Part shown: positions 62,886-64,000 of the stretch, one piece after another | Layout: the number at the start of each line of letters is the position of its first letter | Numbering within the stretch: the first letter of the stretch is position 1 | NCBI GenBank assembly: GCA_002104945.1 | Contig: MCFH01000041.1 | Location: 310,001 to 374,000, forward strand | Reading direction: 5' to 3' | Length of the DNA: 64,000 nucleotides | DNA from: Piromyces finnis finn | Taxonomy: Eukaryota; Fungi; Neocallimastigomycota | Position numbers and translations under genes: made by a program | The notes under the pieces: model-generated | Databases searched by the model: none | The model's input: the letters and a program-made list of their open reading frames with translations, nothing else | Told to the model about the DNA's origin: nothing

Positions 62886-62938
<53 letters not shown>
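60595..62938 (+). mobile_element. 5'-truncated non-LTR retrotransposon (LINE) with poly(A) tail, flanked by a 12-bp target-site duplication
   Basis: AAAAGGAAAGGT at 60583-60594 and 62939-62950. A 54-nt A run at 62889-62942 with AATAAA at 62860-62865. The RT frame is open from the 5' junction. Confidence 0.92.
60596..62650 (+). CDS. LINE ORF2 fragment: reverse transcriptase plus C-terminal CCHC-type zinc motif; no endonuclease domain (5'-truncated) and no native start codon
   Basis: EQFGFR, FLDLRKAYDSVP, GVRQGCPLSPILFNLFIND, GLFADD, YTYLG and CPCCKCGVQSIKHWLLDC. There is no stop between 60596 and 62647. Confidence 0.93.
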   Translation, partial: YGLKNNFIRPEQFGFRKKEESISLFISIQEICRRRQLDNKETYLAFLDLRKAYDSVPIGNILHKLDCLGIRGKSLQFIKNLYLTSKANVKLDGQFSKSFDVKKGVRQGCPLSPILFNLFINDIFRECEDLGVSLGDTRCCGGLFADDIVICAPTRGCLKKMLRRVNEWALYNEMEFGIQKCSTMVIRPESIENQNKRDPTFYLAGQPIPTTDCYTYLGVPFDKNLSLKPVIKALNNKVLKGLFSVSKFLRNPNIPIPFKKLVLNSQVISRVSYFAPLLGSNKARSRIAQKHVNKGIRWVAGVHKAVSFISLYSISKDLNIPPLSAKCALAQVRCFNKWKNSNCIISHLVNYIPKFRKYTWCKSSRTLDKKLKKHGDVKAVKNFYWKDLKGNSIKAQYYDDNKFIETKDFIKLCYEYPEFAYGFYWLLKARSGYKLDARVAKAAKFVDPVCPNYCPCCKCGVQSIKHWLLDCPTFRDIRIKHYDSIVQLLNFFSQRNSNSPINNNEIVNISRDSNNINSNSNNSSNNNSNSNNSNSNNSNNNNNRNNNISNDSNSEDNNSNLDSNLVNDSNSSNNPVNINVYDYSSVYSKIFKFLLGGRSFNNINYNSREWKELCKRQIQSDTNEGTPFLTVTAELLTKIMPFAIGQQWSMFKRFEATSKSVNAEETVRQARRASATNGDHNFVP

Positions 62939-62944
<6 letters not shown>

Positions 62945-63229
62945 AAAGGTGCGGACTAAGTAACCACCCACCAAATTAATTACTCTTTTTGTTACATAAA
63001 ATTTAAATGTAACAAAAAAAAAAAATAAAGATATTATTATGAATTTAATTGGATAATTTTTATAATTTTTAAATAATATATTATTATCCATTGTACAATG
63101 AAAAAAAAAAAGTACTAGAATAAATCGGTTTTTTTTTTTTTTTTTTTTTTTCTTTATCAAAAAAAAATTATATAATATAAATTCCTATTAATTTTATATT
63201 AAATGGAAAATACCAACAAAAAAAGAAAA

Positions 63230-63963
63230 ATGGCTATTGAAAAGGTTCACACTGAAAAGGCTCCAGCCGCTATTGGTCCATACTCCCAAGCTATCAAGAC
63301 TAACGGTATGGTTTACTGCAGGTGAGTGAAATAAAAGTTAAAAAGATGTTCTTTATTAAAAATTGAATTTTTCTTTTTCTTTTTTTTTTTTTTAAAAAAA
63401 TATATTTAAAAAAGAAAAATGAAAATTTAAAATTGAATATAGTATTTATATAGAGATATTTTTGAAATAAAAAAAAAAAATTAGAAAACTATAAATTAAA
63501 GTATATGTATTATTATATAATAATATTATTAGTGGTCAAATTCCATTAGATCCAGAAAAGATGGTTATTGTTGGTAAGGATGTTAAGGAACAAACTGCCC
63601 AAGTTTTAAAGAACTTATCTGAAGTTTTAAAGGCCGCTGGTACTGATGTTGATCATGTTGTTAAGACTACCGTCTTTTTAAAGGACATGAACGATTTCGT
63701 TCCAATGAACGAAGTTTACGCTGAAACTTTCAAGAGCAGTCAACCACCAGCTAGAGCTGCTGTTCAAGTAATTATTATTTTTAATTATTATATATTTAGT
63801 TATATTATATTTAATAATTATCTTTTTTAATTATTTTAATTCAAATTATTAATTATATTTTTTTATATATTTTTTTTAATTTTAAAAAAATAATATCCAA
63901 AAGGTTGCTAAGCTCCCAAAGGATGCTCTCGTTGAAATTGAATGCATTGCTGCTCTTCCATGA
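63230..63963 (+). CDS. RidA/YjgF/UK114-family enamine-imine deaminase (Mmf1/Hmf1-like), 3 exons
   Basis: [23 protein letters not shown]...[10 protein letters not shown]...[21 protein letters not shown]...PPARAAVQ|[16 protein letters not shown]. The relatively C-rich codon usage suggests high expression. Confidence 0.95.
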
Positions 63964-64000
63964 ATTTTTTCAAATTCATTTTAAAAAAGATAAAAAATAT

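Noticed and set aside
62951-62975. ACCACCCA resembling a guide for the 18S 1269/1271 region
   Set aside because: Only about 8 nt match, with no flanking C/D boxes on that strand.

Overview
Very AT-rich, intron-dense eukaryotic genomic DNA. Composition, homopolymer-rich introns and centriole genes fit an anaerobic gut fungus (Neocallimastigomycota); that assignment is inference. Genes I reconstructed by hand across introns, in order: GCP4-like gamma-tubulin complex subunit (3' end), TRM10, POC1, VMA12/TMEM199, ankyrin-containing L-asparaginase, RVB1, OSCA/TMEM63 (CSC1-like) channel, PP4R3/PSY2, a PX-BAR sorting nexin, a BTG/Tob protein, MED11, two tandem four-domain voltage-gated Ca-channel alpha subunits, RPD3/HDAC1, and RidA. 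The most interesting parts are: (1) the channel pair, with EEEE filters, a charge-depleted domain-I S4 in both copies, different intron content, a displaced IQ-like motif in copy 1 and two single-base homopolymer frameshifts in copy 2; (2) an unannotated box C/D snoRNA candidate at 60095-60199 whose guide matches the 18S site equivalent to yeast Gm562; (3) a young 5'-truncated LINE with intact reading frame, poly(A) tail and 12-bp target-site duplication, inserted at a TT|AAAA site between that snoRNA and RidA; (4) a BTG/Tob-family gene in a fungus. All family calls come from motif recognition, not database searches. Exon boundaries were read by eye.
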